DNA from: Paramecium tetraurelia
Lineage: Eukaryota
Length of the DNA stretch: 63,734 nucleotides
Direction of reading: 5' to 3'
Assembly (NCBI GenBank): GCA_000165425.1
Contig: CT868552.1
Span: 372,001 to 435,734 of the forward strand
The notes below the pieces were generated by a model, which was not told where the DNA came from, made no database searches, and was given only the letters and a program-made list of their open reading frames with translations. Below are positions 40,282 to 55,400 of the stretch, in pieces. Each line of letters begins with the position of its first letter. The stretch's first letter is position 1. Both the position numbers and the translations under genes were made by a program.

Positions 40282-42700
40282 TCAATCTTATTCATCATCC
40301 AATATTAAAGGAGAGAGTGAATTACGATTATTTTCTGACTCACTTAGGGAAGTTGTTTACTTAAATGAGAAACGTAATGAAACTTTCCTACTTTTTCTTT
40401 TATTCAATTCTTCTTTTAATTTTTGATTGGCCTTTAAAAAGCGTCGTTATTGTAAATGCTCTTCAAAAGTTTTGGGCACTTTAATTTTCTCCTATAAGGC
40501 ATCCAAATTTTTCAATTGGATTTCAGTCATTAGTTCATCAAGTTCTTATTAGATAGCTTAAATGGTGTGATCTTTTTACTAGATTTATTTTTCAAGTTGA
40601 GTCATTTTTTTTTTAAACTATTATCTATCCATTAGTGACATAAAGGCTTCAGTTTCTCTCTCTTGATCATCATCTTCATTCTCTTCTTAAATTATTTTTT
40701 CTAATTAGAACTTTTGATTTGAGACTGACACTTTCAAATATTTATAAATATTTACTTTCTTACTGGCTCTTAGAGCTTGAGACAGAATTCATATGTTTGA
40801 GTTGAATAGAACAAGAACGCTGTTAATTTCTTTTAAATTACTTCTCACCATGAACTTCAATAAATTGGATTGCTTCTTCATAGGCTGATTTAATCATTTA
40901 TTTTCTTTTTTGAGCCTCTTTAATCATTTTTGCTCCTTCATCTCTGAACTAATTTAAATATATGAGTTTGAAGTGCTTTTTTGATAGTACATAAAATTCG
41001 CATTTTTTTGTTGTCATAATTGTGTATTTTCTTTTTTCCCCATAAAACAAGATATCAATTTCACCAAAATAAGATCCTGGTTTGATCATTAGGAATTTGA
41101 AATTCTCGTTATCTGGAATCACTAGAGCAAGCTTTCCGCTTTTAACAAAGTATACTTCTTCTGCGTTATCACCAGTCATAAATAAATATTCATGAGCTCC
41201 TACTTTCAATGGTGTTAGAACAGGTCCTATTGCAGCTATAAAAGTAGGTGCTTTATCTTGGAAATATTTAATTTCCTCTTACAATTACTTATTCATTATG
41301 AATGATAATTCAACCCTTAATTAAGGAGGTAGATCTTCCAAAAGAGTATTGTAATTCAATAAAAGGTTTTTCTTACCTGATTTCAATTCATTCTTTACCT
41401 TTTAGAATATAGCATTTGAAATATGGAATTCTTTTTTAATGTTCTTCAAAGTAGAAACTCTATGAACATAAATGGAATTTGCGTGATCCATTCTATCTAA
41501 AAATGATGCTAAAGAACCAACAGCAAAAGAAAATATGTAGACTGAGACTAACATCCAAAAGATAGCAAAAAGATATGAAGGCCACTTGTAGACTTTGACA
41601 TCGCCATATCCAACCGTTAAAATAGTTTATACTGCCCAATACAAGGAGACAATATATTGATCATATCCAGAGATGAAATTGTATTCCCAATCAGGATCTT
41701 CTGAGAGAGATGCTATGAAAAACCAAATGCATCCAGTTATATGACAACTGAATATCAACAAAAAGAATGCATAAAGAAATCTTTCACTTCCTATATTGAT
41801 GTTAATAACCTTTATGTACTCTAAATCCTTCAATTAGATCATTCTAAATATTTTAATCATTTTGATGACTCGATATATTTTTGGCAGTTTTGACAATCTC
41901 GTAATGTTTCTCGATTTATCATAATCTTGAAATATGAATTAGAATGGAAAACAAGACTAAGGATTATTTTCATAAATATACTATTAGATCCACAGCAAAC
42001 CACCCTTTTAAGTAGTTGATGGCAATTAGTTTATGATCTTTGACTAGATTATTCTCTTCATCATAATAAGAACAGAGAAATGTGAAGATGATGTCGACCA
42101 TAAACAAAAAGTCAATTGAGTTATCGAAGTCATCCCAAAAAGGGAATTCTCCATCATCTATGAATGTCATCTTATACGGTGTAAATACACAAACATATCT
42201 AATAAATCGTATTATGATACATTAATACTATAAAAATGATTGCATCCCACGTTTATTTTAATCTACTTTATTGAGTTATGATAAGTGAGAATTTGAGAGA
42301 TTATGATGGTTCAGTATCCTTTATACGAGATAATCTTTTAATCTTAGAGGGTTTTATAACGTTAGCAACATTTCTATCATCTTCTTCTCCACTACCGTCT
42401 CTCGATCCTTCTTTAGACCCGAGAACTTTTTAAAAACATTCATTAGGACTTTGCTGAACTAAGGGAAAACTGGGTTGGGATACCCTCATTGTCTCTAAAG
42501 GTTGAGAATTATGAACAGAAGGCTCATCTTATTCTTATAGATTTATGGATTGACTTCTTTTTCTAAACGATCATTTATCTTCTTTACTTACTGAGTTATT
42601 GTTTGGCGAATTTTGACTTTTCTGCCAAATTCCTTAGAGATGTATTGTTTCTTTGCATCATTGCTTTTTTATCAATGGGAGAACCAAAATGTTTTTGCAT
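40282..42700 (-). CDS. Cyclic-nucleotide-binding-domain K+ channel (EAG/KCNH-like)
   Basis: IAINYLKGWFAVDL, S4-like RLSKLPKIYRVIKMIKIFRMI, pore YWAVQTILTVGYGD, CNBD GDNAEEVYFVKSG...GSYFGEID...RKYTI. Confidence 0.93.
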
Positions 42701-42733
42701 TAAAATTAATATACAAAAAAAATATTATTAAAT

Positions 42734-44154
42734 ATGGGAAATTAATAAGAAAAACCAACACAACCAATAGTCAAACAATAATAATAACAATATCAGCAAT
42801 AACAATAATAACAATCAAAGAAAAGTAATGAAGTACAAAACCAATATCAGATTGCTTATACTAAGACATTTAACACTTATTAATAAGAAAACAAAATCAA
42901 TGTTTCGCATATTCCTATTGAGAATCAGCAATTAGTGAATTAATTTAATTAGTTCGTTTAATCAATATTCAAAACTGATACCCTAAGCTTATAACAATAC
43001 TTGGATTTATGTGATATCTTAACAAAAGCTCCTGACTACAATGTTAAATATTTAAATAAGATGCGTCCAGTTGAATTGATGTTTAAATTCATGGGATATT
43101 CAGAAAATGACTCTATTGCAAATGAAGTATGTTTGAGTGTACTGAATATTTTGTTTACCATGATAAAAAGTGGAGAAGCAGCAAAATTTTTGATGAATAG
43201 AATATATGGTAATTAAATCATTCTATAAATAGATGATAGTTTAGATTCCAATTAAAGAGTAGGTTATGTGTGCAATAAGGTTAATTCCATAATGCCTCTG
43301 GTTGGCGATTACATTGAAGCCTTCTGGGTCAAAATATTTTCATCCAACCAAATTCAATCCAAATAGCCAAAACCTATAATAAAGTAAAGTTCTAAAATTA
43401 TCGATGATGAAATATTCACTGTTCTCTCAACCCAAACTCATTTTTGTACAGAAATGACATAATTATACAATAACTAAAGCAGTGGTACAAGTTTCAATAG
43501 ATTGGCATGGAACATTTTAGGATATGGTGGACCAACACTTATACTTATTTATTTGGATAAGAAATGTAAATATTAATTATTATATGAAGTAAATAACCAT
43601 CCAATAATATTTGGGGCGTATAATCCCAATCCTTGGAGTGATGGATTAAAATTCTAAGGAGATTCTGGATGTTATCTATTCTCTATAAGTCCAAGTTTCA
43701 GAACATATTCTACAACTGGTAATGGATAAAATTACGCTTATTTAAACACCAAAAACATTGATAGATCTAAATACAAAGTGGGATTAGGATTCGGAGGGAA
43801 TTCTGAACATACTTCATTTCGATTATGGATAGATGATGAGGTTGAGAATAGATCAAAAGTTGCCTCTGAAGATGACACATATCAACCTGGGTATATTGCA
43901 GGTGAAATTGAAGGATCAATAGGAATTGTCTTTATTGAAGTTTGGGGATTAGGGGGCAAATAAGCCTTGATTTAATAGGATAAATATAGATAGGAAAGGA
44001 TGGAAGAGTAATTAATTGAGTATAATATTATAGATTAGAGAGAATGAGGAAAGTAGATAAGAAATAATTCTTTAGTGGATTTGATCAGGCTATGTTTTTC
44101 GAAAAAACGTTTGCTCATAGAGATCAAGTAAGGGAGGAGATAGAAAAGGATTGA
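42734..44154 (+). CDS. TLDc-domain protein with N-terminal MG motif and poly-Gln
   Basis: SGTSFNRL...GYGGPTLILI, IFGAYNPNPW, FQGDSGCYLFSISP, GLGFGG...FRLWID, IEVWGLGG. Confidence 0.9.
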
Positions 44155-44186
44155 TAATATTGAAAGTGTATTTAATTTGTTTGAAA

Positions 44187-44927
44187 TCAACGATTTTTGA
44201 AATATTCAATTTTGTCATATTTCTATTTTTAAAGCGTCCAATTCTGATTAGCTTATTATTTCTAGATAATTGATTTGATAATACATAATAACTATTTGGT
44301 TTATCACAAGTTTTAAGCCCCACTTTTTCAAGTTCTTAATGAAGGTTAGTTAACTTGTCTTCATCTCCTCTCACAGTAAGATTCCCTACATTCTTGGTTC
44401 TTCCTGAGTTTATGGGATTTTTCATCTAAATATCCGAAATCTAGATGCCTTATTTTAATAAAGATCTTTTTAAATCCAAGGCATCAAAATTGTTATTGTC
44501 TGTTTGAAACTCAATAGTAATTTATTTTGATTTATTGATTATTGGTTATGATTTACCTAGGGTAGAGTTGTAAATTTTTGTTTATCTAAGCTCCATTCAA
44601 AATTGAAGGAGACTTATTATCGCGTTATTTCTCTTTTAATGGCTATTCAGGGGGCTTATAATCTTTATTTTATTGAACTCCATCAAAGATATTTGATTAA
44701 TGGAAATATTTGTTTTGCATTGTAAAATTCATTCTTGAAGGTGATCCAGCAGGTCTAGGTGAATTAGTGATATTTTAGTTATTGACATAATTTCTAGCTT
44801 ATTTGGTCATACAATTTGGATCAGTTGGTTGTGTATCTGCACTTCTCTTATACATGTAATTATCATTGGTCACTTGATAGAAGAAGTTGGGAGAATGATC
44901 TCTTCTTGGAGATTAACCCTTGTTCAT
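44187..44927 (-). CDS. Hypothetical protein
   Basis: MNKGQSPRRDHSPNFFYQV... The 3' end depends on an inferred 23-nt intron. Confidence 0.6.
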
Positions 44928-44963
44928 ATTTGCTGTTATTTATATAATTTTTTAATTTAAATA

Positions 44964-46068
44964 TCATCCATAAAATTACTTCAACTTTTCATTATTCTGT
45001 TGCAATCTAGTTTCATAACTCTTTGAGCTTGCACCTGCTCTAGATTACTGAAGCGATGAATCTATTAAATTGATAAGTACATTTACGTATATTTAATTAA
45101 TTATGAGGAGTGTCATAAATAGATTAATAAATCAGTTTGCTTTAAGGTAGCGTTTAAGTAATAGGAGGATTAATGTCTTATTTTTTAGTTATTTATTTCG
45201 ATTGATACTATTATTATTATTATAATTATTGTATTCCAGTAGCCTTTTTATTTTCTCTTATTTGTTAAGTATAATACTCCAATTCTTCGCCTAAATTAAC
45301 TTAATGAATCTCCACATACTCATTTAAAGCATCATCTAAAATATAAATTAAACTTACTAATTTTTTGAAATTTGTCGTTATGGATACATATATCAAATAT
45401 ATTTTCCAAATAGTGCTTCAAAGCGTTATCAATATCTAGAGACAATCCTTCTAAATCATGATCCTTCTCCTCAGATATCACAACTAAACAAGCCTTGATG
45501 TATTTTTGTGATTGCAGTCCTTTTTCTTATAAATCCAATTAATTAATAACAGTATTCAGTTTATGATGCAATTCTTTTTTCTCTCCGGGATGGGCAGCCT
45601 ATTTATGAATTTAAACAATACTTTGTGTTAATGAATTCTTTTCTATACTTCTTTTTCTAAATCATTACAGTAGTCATTAACTAATTAATGAAGATTTTTC
45701 TTGACTTATTCTATTTTACCATGAATTGTTTTAATAAGCTGAGAATGTTCTCCATCAGAAAAATGATGTAATATTTCTCTTTCTCTAGAATATTGTTATC
45801 AATCTTACTCTTCGAATTTCACCTTTAGATTGTGAACATCATTAAATAGCATCTCTCTAACACTATCAATTGTATCAATATAAGGAGGTGTTCCTAATTG
45901 ATTATGCCATTGAATATGTAATTTACAGCATTCTTTGCATAATGGCTTAAATAGTATAATTAACCTTACTTCTCTACATTAATCGTGTAAACAAAATAAA
46001 ACAATGTCATTGATTCCATGTTTTGGACATTTTTCGTATGCTGGAGCTAATTATTGTTGTTGTTGCAT
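44964..46068 (-). CDS. B-box-like zinc finger plus coiled-coil protein
   Basis: KCPKHGINDIVLFCLHDQCRE|PLCKECCKLHIQWH, followed by a helical region. Ends ...KLKQFYG*. Confidence 0.75.
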
Positions 46069-46239
46069 AACTGAAAATTAAATAAAAATAATTAATTTGA
46101 AAAATAATATGAAACCTGAAGAAATTCAAATTATCTCATTTTTAGATACACGCTAAGATCATACTTGAATATTAATAAAAATAGAATTAATTATAGAAAC
46201 TGAGACTTTTAAATTGCCATGATTGTTGTCATTATAATT

Positions 46240-46958
46240 TCATTTATTCGATTTGAGAGAACCCTAATTCGCCACTTATTTTATTTTCTATTTAATTTAC
46301 TCTTGATTCCCTAAATAAAACTCATCCTGGTATTACAATCTATCATTGAATTATATAACCAATGGAGTCGCAGTAGGAATATTCAATTCAAGCAGTTCTC
46401 TTATAAGAAAGATCACTTACATTATTCAGACAACTTCTTTATGATGCATAATAAAGCTCGTAATGAATTGCTATGACCAACCACAAGAACCTACTTATTT
46501 TAATTTATATCCTTCGCTATGCTATCCTCCCAATAGGGTCTGACTCTTATGGTTACATCTTCAAGACTTTCACTATTTCCATCTAAAGACTACGGAGGCT
46601 TTTAGGAAAATGATCTTCTCCACTGTTTGATTTGCTCTTCTCCATACTTAATGGAAGCCTCTTTTTTATTCATGCCTTGCAATATTCCATAATGTCTTTC
46701 ATTTAATCTCCAACTGCTTTATTGTGTCACCCATAGAGAATTCATTGTTTCCAACATGACATTTGCTGATTTGATGGATCTCTTTAAAATGGATGTGTGG
46801 ACTACATCAAAGTTATGATGATTTTATTATAATAACAGGGCAGCATGTTAAGCCTCCTGAACTCCCTTGGTTGATAAATCTACATCCAACCATCCACCAA
46901 ATGAGTTAGTCTTATTTAAGATGCTTTCTCCATGACGAATCAAAACTAATTTCTTCAT
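46240..46958 (-). CDS. 2,3-BPG-dependent phosphoglycerate mutase (dPGM)
   Basis: [64 protein letters not shown]. Confidence 0.95.
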
Positions 46959-47101
46959 AATTTCAGATTTTTTGTTGATAAATATATTATTTTATGAAAG
47001 AAGTGAAGTAATAAATTAAAAGTATGAATTAATAATTGTGATTTTGAGAATGATTTTCCTATAATTAGAGATCATTAATAATTTGAGTTGTTTATAATTT
47101 A

Positions 47102-48862
47102 ATGATCAATCAATAGCTTTAAAAATTGATTAACAACACTTTTATAACGAAAAAGAGAGTTTCTGCTGGGTCTTTCGGTGTAGTATACTGCGGTCAAGAC
47201 ATAAATACTCGAGCCTTGGTAGCCATAAAAATTGACAAATGCAATAAGGAAGGCTCTAGTCTAGAGAGAGAGGTAATTGAATTATCATGATACAAAAAGG
47301 CAGAAATACTAAGAAGATTGTAAAAAGTACCATAGATTCCAAAGTTGTATTGGGCAGGAAAAGAAGGAGATTCAAATGTGCTTGTTATATAATATTTGGG
47401 GAGAGACTTAACCCATTATTTGAAAACCTTTCGTAAGTTTTCATTACGATGCGTACTAAATATAGCTGAACAAATGATCAACATTCTTGAAAATATTCAC
47501 AAAAAGTAAGTAATTATACCATTTATGTTTAGCAAAGTGTTGCATCGTGATATTAAACCTGAAAATGTTCTTGTGGGAAAAGAAGAAGAAGAAAATCTGC
47601 TTTATATAGTCGACTTTGGCATCAGCAAATTTTATAAGGATGAAAATGATTCACACATGTAAAGAAGTATCAGTAAATTTTAGTTCCTATAGAGAGAACT
47701 AACCATTTATTGGAACTACAAGATATGCTAGCATCAATGCTCATAAAGGAACATCTTTAAGCAGAAAAGACGATTTAGAATCCTTAGGATATATGCTGAT
47801 CTTCTTATTAAAGGGTAAAATGTACCATTTTTATATTATTAAGGTTAATTACCCTGGTAAAATTTGTAATTCATTGATGAAGAAGATAAAATGCGTTAAG
47901 TTGGCTTAATGAAGATGAAAATGGAAATGACCGAACTCTGTAAAGGAATTCCTCTAGAGTTTGGACGATTCCTTGAATACATTCGAGGTTTACCATTCAA
48001 AGCAGAGCCCAATTACAAATATTGCTAATCCCTTTTTAACAAAGTATGCTAAGAACACAACTTTTAATAAAAAGATCTAATCTTTGATTGGGAAACCGGT
48101 CCTAAATCCGATAAGAATGATGATAAAAGAAAATAAACTATTGAAGTTCATTTGCCAAGTAGTTAAAATAGTAATTTAGTAAATGATAAACCCTCATTGT
48201 ATTTAAACAAATTTATTATCTCTTAGATTCAAGAAATCAAAAGAAGATGTCTCATCTAATAACATTGGAGGCTCACTCCTCAATTATTCTCTTGAATAAT
48301 TGGAGATGAATTCACTTCTCAAAACTCCAGAATAAAGAAAATCCAACTTAGCTCCTGATATTAATAGAAGAAAGAACAGAATGCAATCTGTGAGTAGTTA
48401 CAATGATTCTCATTCTGAATTGGAAAACAACGGAAGCATAATGTTAGGAATTCAACCAAGCATGATAAGCAGATTAAGCAAATTATCTTTTAATTCATTT
48501 TCTCGTGTTCGAGATAGCAAATTAAACCTAACCCTGACTCCAGAATATAGAAAACCTCCTAAATAAGAAAAAAAATTAACTATTACCCCGAATTCTTACA
48601 TAGAGTAAATTTCTGGCTAAAAAAAGAAGTCGCTAATTAAGAATTCCAACTCACAGCAACAATTGTCTTTGAAAAAGGAAGAAGTTGAGGAAACTATTCG
48701 AGATTTCTCTAAAATGAATGAAACTGATGAAGGAATAGAATGTAAATATATGCTTCTGAAATAAGCATCAGTAAATGCGTATGTAAATTTTATATATGGT
48801 AATGTAGTCGCTTCAAAAAGTCAATTAACGGATAAGCCAAAATATTGTAAAAATAGTTTTGA
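47102..48862 (+). CDS. Casein kinase 1 family Ser/Thr kinase with Ser-rich C-terminal tail
   Basis: [57 protein letters not shown]. About 6 introns. Confidence 0.93.
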
Positions 48863-49414
48863 TATTTTAATGTTTATGTATTCAAGAAGATTATAATGTA
48901 ATGAATTATTTTTTGAGTTAAGATTAACAAAACAAAGTTTATTTTTTCATATATGTAATAAACGAGTACCTTAAGTGCTTCATTATCAAATAACCTAACC
49001 TCCATGAATCTCATTTGAATAATAAAGAGCCGCTTTCACTTGTATTTTTGGTAATCTAAATGTTTTTAGTTCCATGTAAATAATCTTTTAGACGTTGGTT
49101 CTTCTAAATGAGAGCTCATCCTATTTCTTAACATGAAAATTCCTATTTTAGACCATTATTGAACCTTACCTTCAAATTTTTTGTGAACATTTCTCATTTC
49201 AAGATAACTTTTTTTCATTTAAACAAAGGTATAAAAATCTTTTACTACTTCTTAATTTTTCATACTATTACTTAACTCATTCATGATTATTGATCTAGAT
49301 CAAAATCTTTCGTGAATTTTCCTTCAATAACTTGAATAATAAGGTAATATTTAGAATATAGCAATTAACAATTATCAACATATAATAATTCTTAACAAAT
49401 ATTTAATTGAATAA

Positions 49415-52400
49415 TCATTTTTATTTTTTCATTTAATATGTAATTTCATTATGTTCTAAAAATTGGCATACGTCGCAAACAATTACATCTTAAAAATTAT
49501 TCAAGTTCTCATCTTAAGGAGTTAGTACTTATAAATTAACAAAATCTTTTTTAAACTCACCAATCATCATTTCTATATTTTGATTTAATTTTAATATTTT
49601 AAACTTAACCTTAATATTTTAGAGTATCCTGAATATTTTCTCTTACTTTAATCCACATGGGCAGCCTTCTGGAAAATGATCACCATAATTGTGATATTAT
49701 TTTCCATGCGGAGGTGAATCAGCTATTAAATAAAGTAATTTTTCAAATTTTGGATGCCAATTTAACTTTAATGTGGCATCTAATCCATCTAAGACAGCTT
49801 CTGGATAATCAAATCCGTTTTCTAAAGTAATTTTATTTAAAAATGAAATGATATCAGTACCTGAAGAAAAATTTTAGACATCAATTATTTTTTAAGACGC
49901 TTTATAAGGAAATTAGTGATCTTTATACGAAACAGCAGCAAAATTAATTTCAAGTTTCTAGCCATTAAGATTATATTTAGTTTTACTCTTTTCTATTATA
50001 TCCTTAATTATAGATTTACACGATTTTATATATTATTCCATAGATAATGTGGAATCTATTACAAAAGCAATATCTATCCCCTAAATTTAATTTTAAAAGT
50101 GAGTTTCTACACAAGAAAATGAATGATCGCCTATTTTACATTATTTAGTATGCCAAGCATTATTATCACAAAATTAATGGGTGCCATTCTATTATATACA
50201 CAAAGGGCAATAGTAATTACACTTATTAATATTTTCTAATTCAAATAAGATTGGATGGATCCAATTTATTGATTTCCAAAATTCTTCGCACAAGACTTCA
50301 TCAAAACTAATTTCCTCAAATCCAATATATTTGTTTTTTGAATGTCTGGCTTTATCCTTAGTTTTATTTATCATGCATTTCTTTTTTCCTTCACATTTAA
50401 CTAAATGAAAATGTGCCCTTCCTTTTCTTTTGCAGCTCTAATCACAAGTTTCTGGGGCAGAGTTTTCTCCAATTTCATATTTTCTTATAGATGAATCCTT
50501 TGGATCTTATATTTAAATGTGGATTTAATTTCCTTCTTAAGTTGTAAATTATTAATCTTCTTTATTCCTATGTCGATCTGATTAATGAGATCCAAGATGG
50601 CCGTATTACAAATCACAATATGTATTACACTCAGGACATTATTAATTACATTGATGAAATTGCTTTTCAGTTTTTTCCTTACATAAATGCTTTCCATCAT
50701 GCTTATCGCATCCTGCTGGTATCTGCTTTTAACATATTTATTTGCCAATATCCTTTTGTATGTATTTAGTATATTAGAATTCTGATGATTTAGTTTTCCA
50801 TTTTGCTTGAACAACTTCATAATCTATTTTACATATTCCATCTTCCTAGCATTGTTGTTAACAATAATGAACATTTTCGCAAAAATGTTTATCTTTTTAT
50901 TATGAGTGTTTATGTGGCTAGCAACATCTTCTTTAACACAATTAGCAATTATGAATACAGTAATTATCTAAGCAATCATGATTAGTACGATCATGAGGAT
51001 CAGATAGATCTTTCTTACATTTTTTATCACAGTATTAACATTTTTCCATACAAGGATGGTCATTTTCGCATTTATGTTATTCATCATGGTTGAAACTTTT
51101 CATGCATTTTCTTTTGCAATTTTTAATTTAACAAATGTCATAGCATCTATGATCTTATTTGTTACACAAATGCTCCTCTTTTTCATAATGTCCAGCTTTA
51201 TGATCACATTTTTAATCAGAACATATCCTACAATTCTAATCACATTTGTGACTTTCCCTTTAACATAAATGTACATCGGATTTTGATTCAACAAGTTATT
51301 TTTTTAAATCATATAATTCTCTCAAATTTTATTCAAGCAATAAAATTTTATTAAATGTGCTCAGCTAGTTGTTTAATGATTCCTTTTCCTGTTTAAGTTG
51401 AGAGATTTAGTTATTAAGATTTTCTATTTTGCTTTCAACATCCATTTATTATAAATTTTGAATAGATTCAAATTCAGCTCTCTTTTTTAATTTTATTTCT
51501 TCCTCTCTTAATGTGACATTTAAAATTGAATATTCGTTTAAATTTTCCTAAAATTACTTTATTTCATTCAATCTTGAATTTACCCTTATTATTTATTAAA
51601 CAATTTAGTCATTCTAATGTTCCAGATCAATAATATATTTTTATATTTAATCAAGTTTATTGTTAGTTGATTCTTGATTTAGATTTATATTAATCATATT
51701 TTCCTTCTCGTTTTGTAATCTTTAATCGAAATCTTTTAGTCTTATTTCAAATTCACAAATCTTAGATTTATGACTCTATGAAATATCTAGCAGTTTATTT
51801 CTTTCTTTTATTTATATTATCATTTCGTTAATATTATCAATCTCATTTTTTGCTTACTAAATTTCCTCATTCAAAGAGCTCAAATTAGCTTAGCTTTAAG
51901 TCAATTTTTCTTCTTTTTTTTATAAGAACAAATTAATTAATCTAAGCCTTCTCTCCTTTTCAAATATTTCTAACAATTCACTTTGAGTTTTATTTTATTG
52001 GTTTAAAGTTTGAGAGTATTATTCACTCAATTGACTGGTTTAAATTTAAGTATCTTACTATTCTATTTATTCATTCTGAATTTAATTTTCTTTTTCTAAA
52101 TCTATTTCTTACCTACATTTATCAAATAACTATGAATTTTCAAAATTTATAAAATTTATTTCTAACTCCTTTTATTTTATTTCACATTATGATAATTTTT
52201 CATTTATTAATAGCTCATCAAATCCTTTTAATTGTTAACCTAGTTCTTCTATTATATTCTTATTTTTTCCAAATTTTTTAGACTATTCTTTTCCTAACCT
52301 CTACCTTATATCTTCCAAATCCCTTTTGCTTTTCATCAGAACTTCTATTTCTTCTTCCAAATAACTCTGTTTTTAAATAAATTCATTTATATCTTATTCT

Positions 52401-55400
52401 AATTACTCTAAATACTAAATTTATTCATTATCATCCTTTTTTAATAGTACTTCTAACTCTTAAGCATTTTATTAATAAATTAACTATTATTTTTGCATTT
52501 CATCTTAAATTTCTATTAAAATTTTGTTTCCATCTTCAACATTAACTTATAAATTTTGAATATTCATTTCATCACCAACAATCTATATTTTTTAAAACTC
52601 TGATTGGACATTCTACAATTCTTTTTCTGTAATAAGTTTTTACTTACTTATTTCCTTTTTGCAAGATTCTAACTCTTCTTAGCAAATTTCAATTTAAGTA
52701 ATATCCTACAGATATTGAGTTAAATTTTAATTTAATTGCTCAAGTTAAGCCTTTGATTATTTAGTTGTTTCAATATTTTACTCTTTTTTATTTTGAAGAC
52801 TAATAATTTCATTCTCAAATAGGTTTTATATGTTTTAAATGTCCTCTAATGTTGCAACTAAGGACTTTTGATTTTTTAATTCTGGAATGTTAAAAACGCT
52901 TGTGTTTATACTATTACTATCCAAATCATAAAAATCATTATTTTACATAGCTTCCTTTTCTTTACAGATTTTTTCCTTAATTTCAATTATTTAATTTTAA
53001 ATTTTTAATCCTTCCAAAGAATATTCAGCATTTTATATTTCTTCTTTAATTTTATCAATCATTCCCCTCCACTCCTATTCTTATGATTTATTTTTTATTT
53101 TCGAACTTTTCTGTTGAAGTTCTAAATGGTTTATATCTTCAACTAACTTTGACATAAGTGTTTAGGATATCTCAATATGATTTTTGAAATGTTTGCATTA
53201 CAAATAGCATTCATCACATTTGTCTTCACAAAATTGATAATACGTTATCTAGTCTTTTAAGAAAATCTTTAACATAGACATATTTTTTTCGATTATTTCT
53301 TTAACTTCATCATTATTGATATGATTTGTTAATTCTTTTGCTCTTTATATAATTTATTCTTTTCTTTATTCCATCATTTAATTAAATTACGTTTTTACAT
53401 AGAACATGTTTTTGTTATGAATTGAGATAGTATCCTCTGTGATGAGGTTTTCATACAGTTACTATACTAAATCTCTATTGAAAAAGATGAGTTTTTATGC
53501 CTCAAATTTTGGAAACTTATAATCACTTTAAACTAATTTTAAATTAATATCTTAAACTTATTCTAAAGAAAAATCATACCATAATTATTAGCACTCTTCA
53601 AAAATTTTTTCAATTAATATTTATAAATCTATCAAGCTGACATTTGTATTATCTGACAATTCAAGTTAACATAGCAAAATTTTCATGATTTATATTAATT
53701 CTCTTCCGCAATTCCAGTGACTAGATATTGCAGATTTTTCGAGAATATATTTCCTCACAGAAATAATTTAATCATCAAATAATTTTAGTTCATAATTGAC
53801 TAATGATTCAACAGCAATTTTATTATTAAATAATCTCTTTAAAAATATTATGTCTTCTGATCCACCTTCTTTTAGTCTTTCTAGATTTTTTAATAATTCT
53901 TATTCAGCTCCTGCATTATCCTATGAACTAACATCTCTTAACACAAAATATAATATTCCTTTAAACAACTTCTCATCATTTAATTATTTAGATGCTTCAA
54001 CTAAATGATTGAATAGATCATTAAAATGTCGATTAAATGCTAGATCTGAATTTAAGATTGTGATATCACATATTGCAGTTAGAAATGCCAACATTTTTAT
54101 TTCTTCTTTATCAGATCTAGCTCCATTGAACAATCCTTCACAATCTAAAACTAGAAATGTTTAATCTTCAACATAAGCGATGCTTCCCCAAACTCCTTCA
54201 GTGCATCTAGCTGATGAAACAGCAAAACGAGTTCCAAACACTCTGTTTAATAAATAACTTTTGCCAGATGATTATTTACCTATAATTCCTACTACAAATA
54301 TCTTATTATTATAATTAGACAAATGTTCTTCCAAAAATCCTAAATGCAATTATTTAACTTTTTATTCTACACTTGTTAGTGTTTCTGTTTGAGTTTCCTA
54401 TCTAAATCCATCATTTAGAGGTATTAAGTTGCTATTTTCAATTGTGCATAACTATAAAGGAACTCTAGAAAATATTATATTTTTAATTTATTCACTTTTA
54501 AATTCTGCACTTTAAAGCTAAGTAGAACTAAGAATTATTTCATTTACTTTCATAATATTTAAGTAAGACTTCACGATATTATAGTAATCATTGTTGACAT
54601 TTAAGGTAATGGCACTATTCTTTTCTTTTAATAAAAATTGTGAGTTTGGACCAAATTTGATACAAGAGCCTTTAGCTACATCAAATGCTGGATTTCCAAT
54701 CACATTTTTTTAATTATCTTCTTTTTTGTTAAATCTTTTTTAAGAAACCAAATTACAAAGGATTTTTGCTTTTTTATTCATGGTCTTTTGATTAAGTTGA
54801 CCTAAGATTATAACATCTGAAAAATCAGCAAATATTTTAATTGGCCCGTCTATACTAATGCTGTCTATTTTCAAAAGATTTACATCATATCTATCACAGC
54901 AATAAAGGTTAGCAAGATAAAAGTATTTCCCACTAGGACAGGCGATTATTTAAATATATTTTTAAGATGGTTAACTACTTGGTGCGAAGTCGTGTAGCTC
55001 TATATTACCATTTTCTCTTTATATTCTGCATTTCACTTTTTCAAAATCTTATCCTTAATCTTGCTATTTATAAACCCATTTATCTTTTGACAATACTATG
55101 AATTTATTAACCATCTTAAGATATGCCACATGAGAAACAAGAAAGGAGCAGCCTCGCTCTTGTTAATAATAAACTTATTATTCGTTTTATATGGATCCTC
55201 TAGCTGTCAAAATTAATTGTAAAACTTATTAGCTTTTAAAGTTAAAAATAAATAAATGTCCTCTATTATAATCATAAAAATAAACAGCTTTTTCTGTATT
55301 GAAAAAATCAAATTATTTTATTAGTTAAGCCTAAGGTTTGTTACATTTGTAAAAATATATAAGAGTTTTCAATATTTAATTATAATTAGTATATGAAGTT

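Noticed and set aside
11331..48862. Apparent signalling/acylation cluster (DHHC, MG-start proteins, PDE, CNBD channel, DSP, CK1)
   Set aside because: All belong to hugely expanded Paramecium families and are interspersed with unrelated genes, so co-occurrence is expected by chance.
48960..49290. Short minus-strand ORF or possible kinase-like remnant between CK1 and the giant gene
   Set aside because: The frames are inconsistent and no catalytic motif is present.
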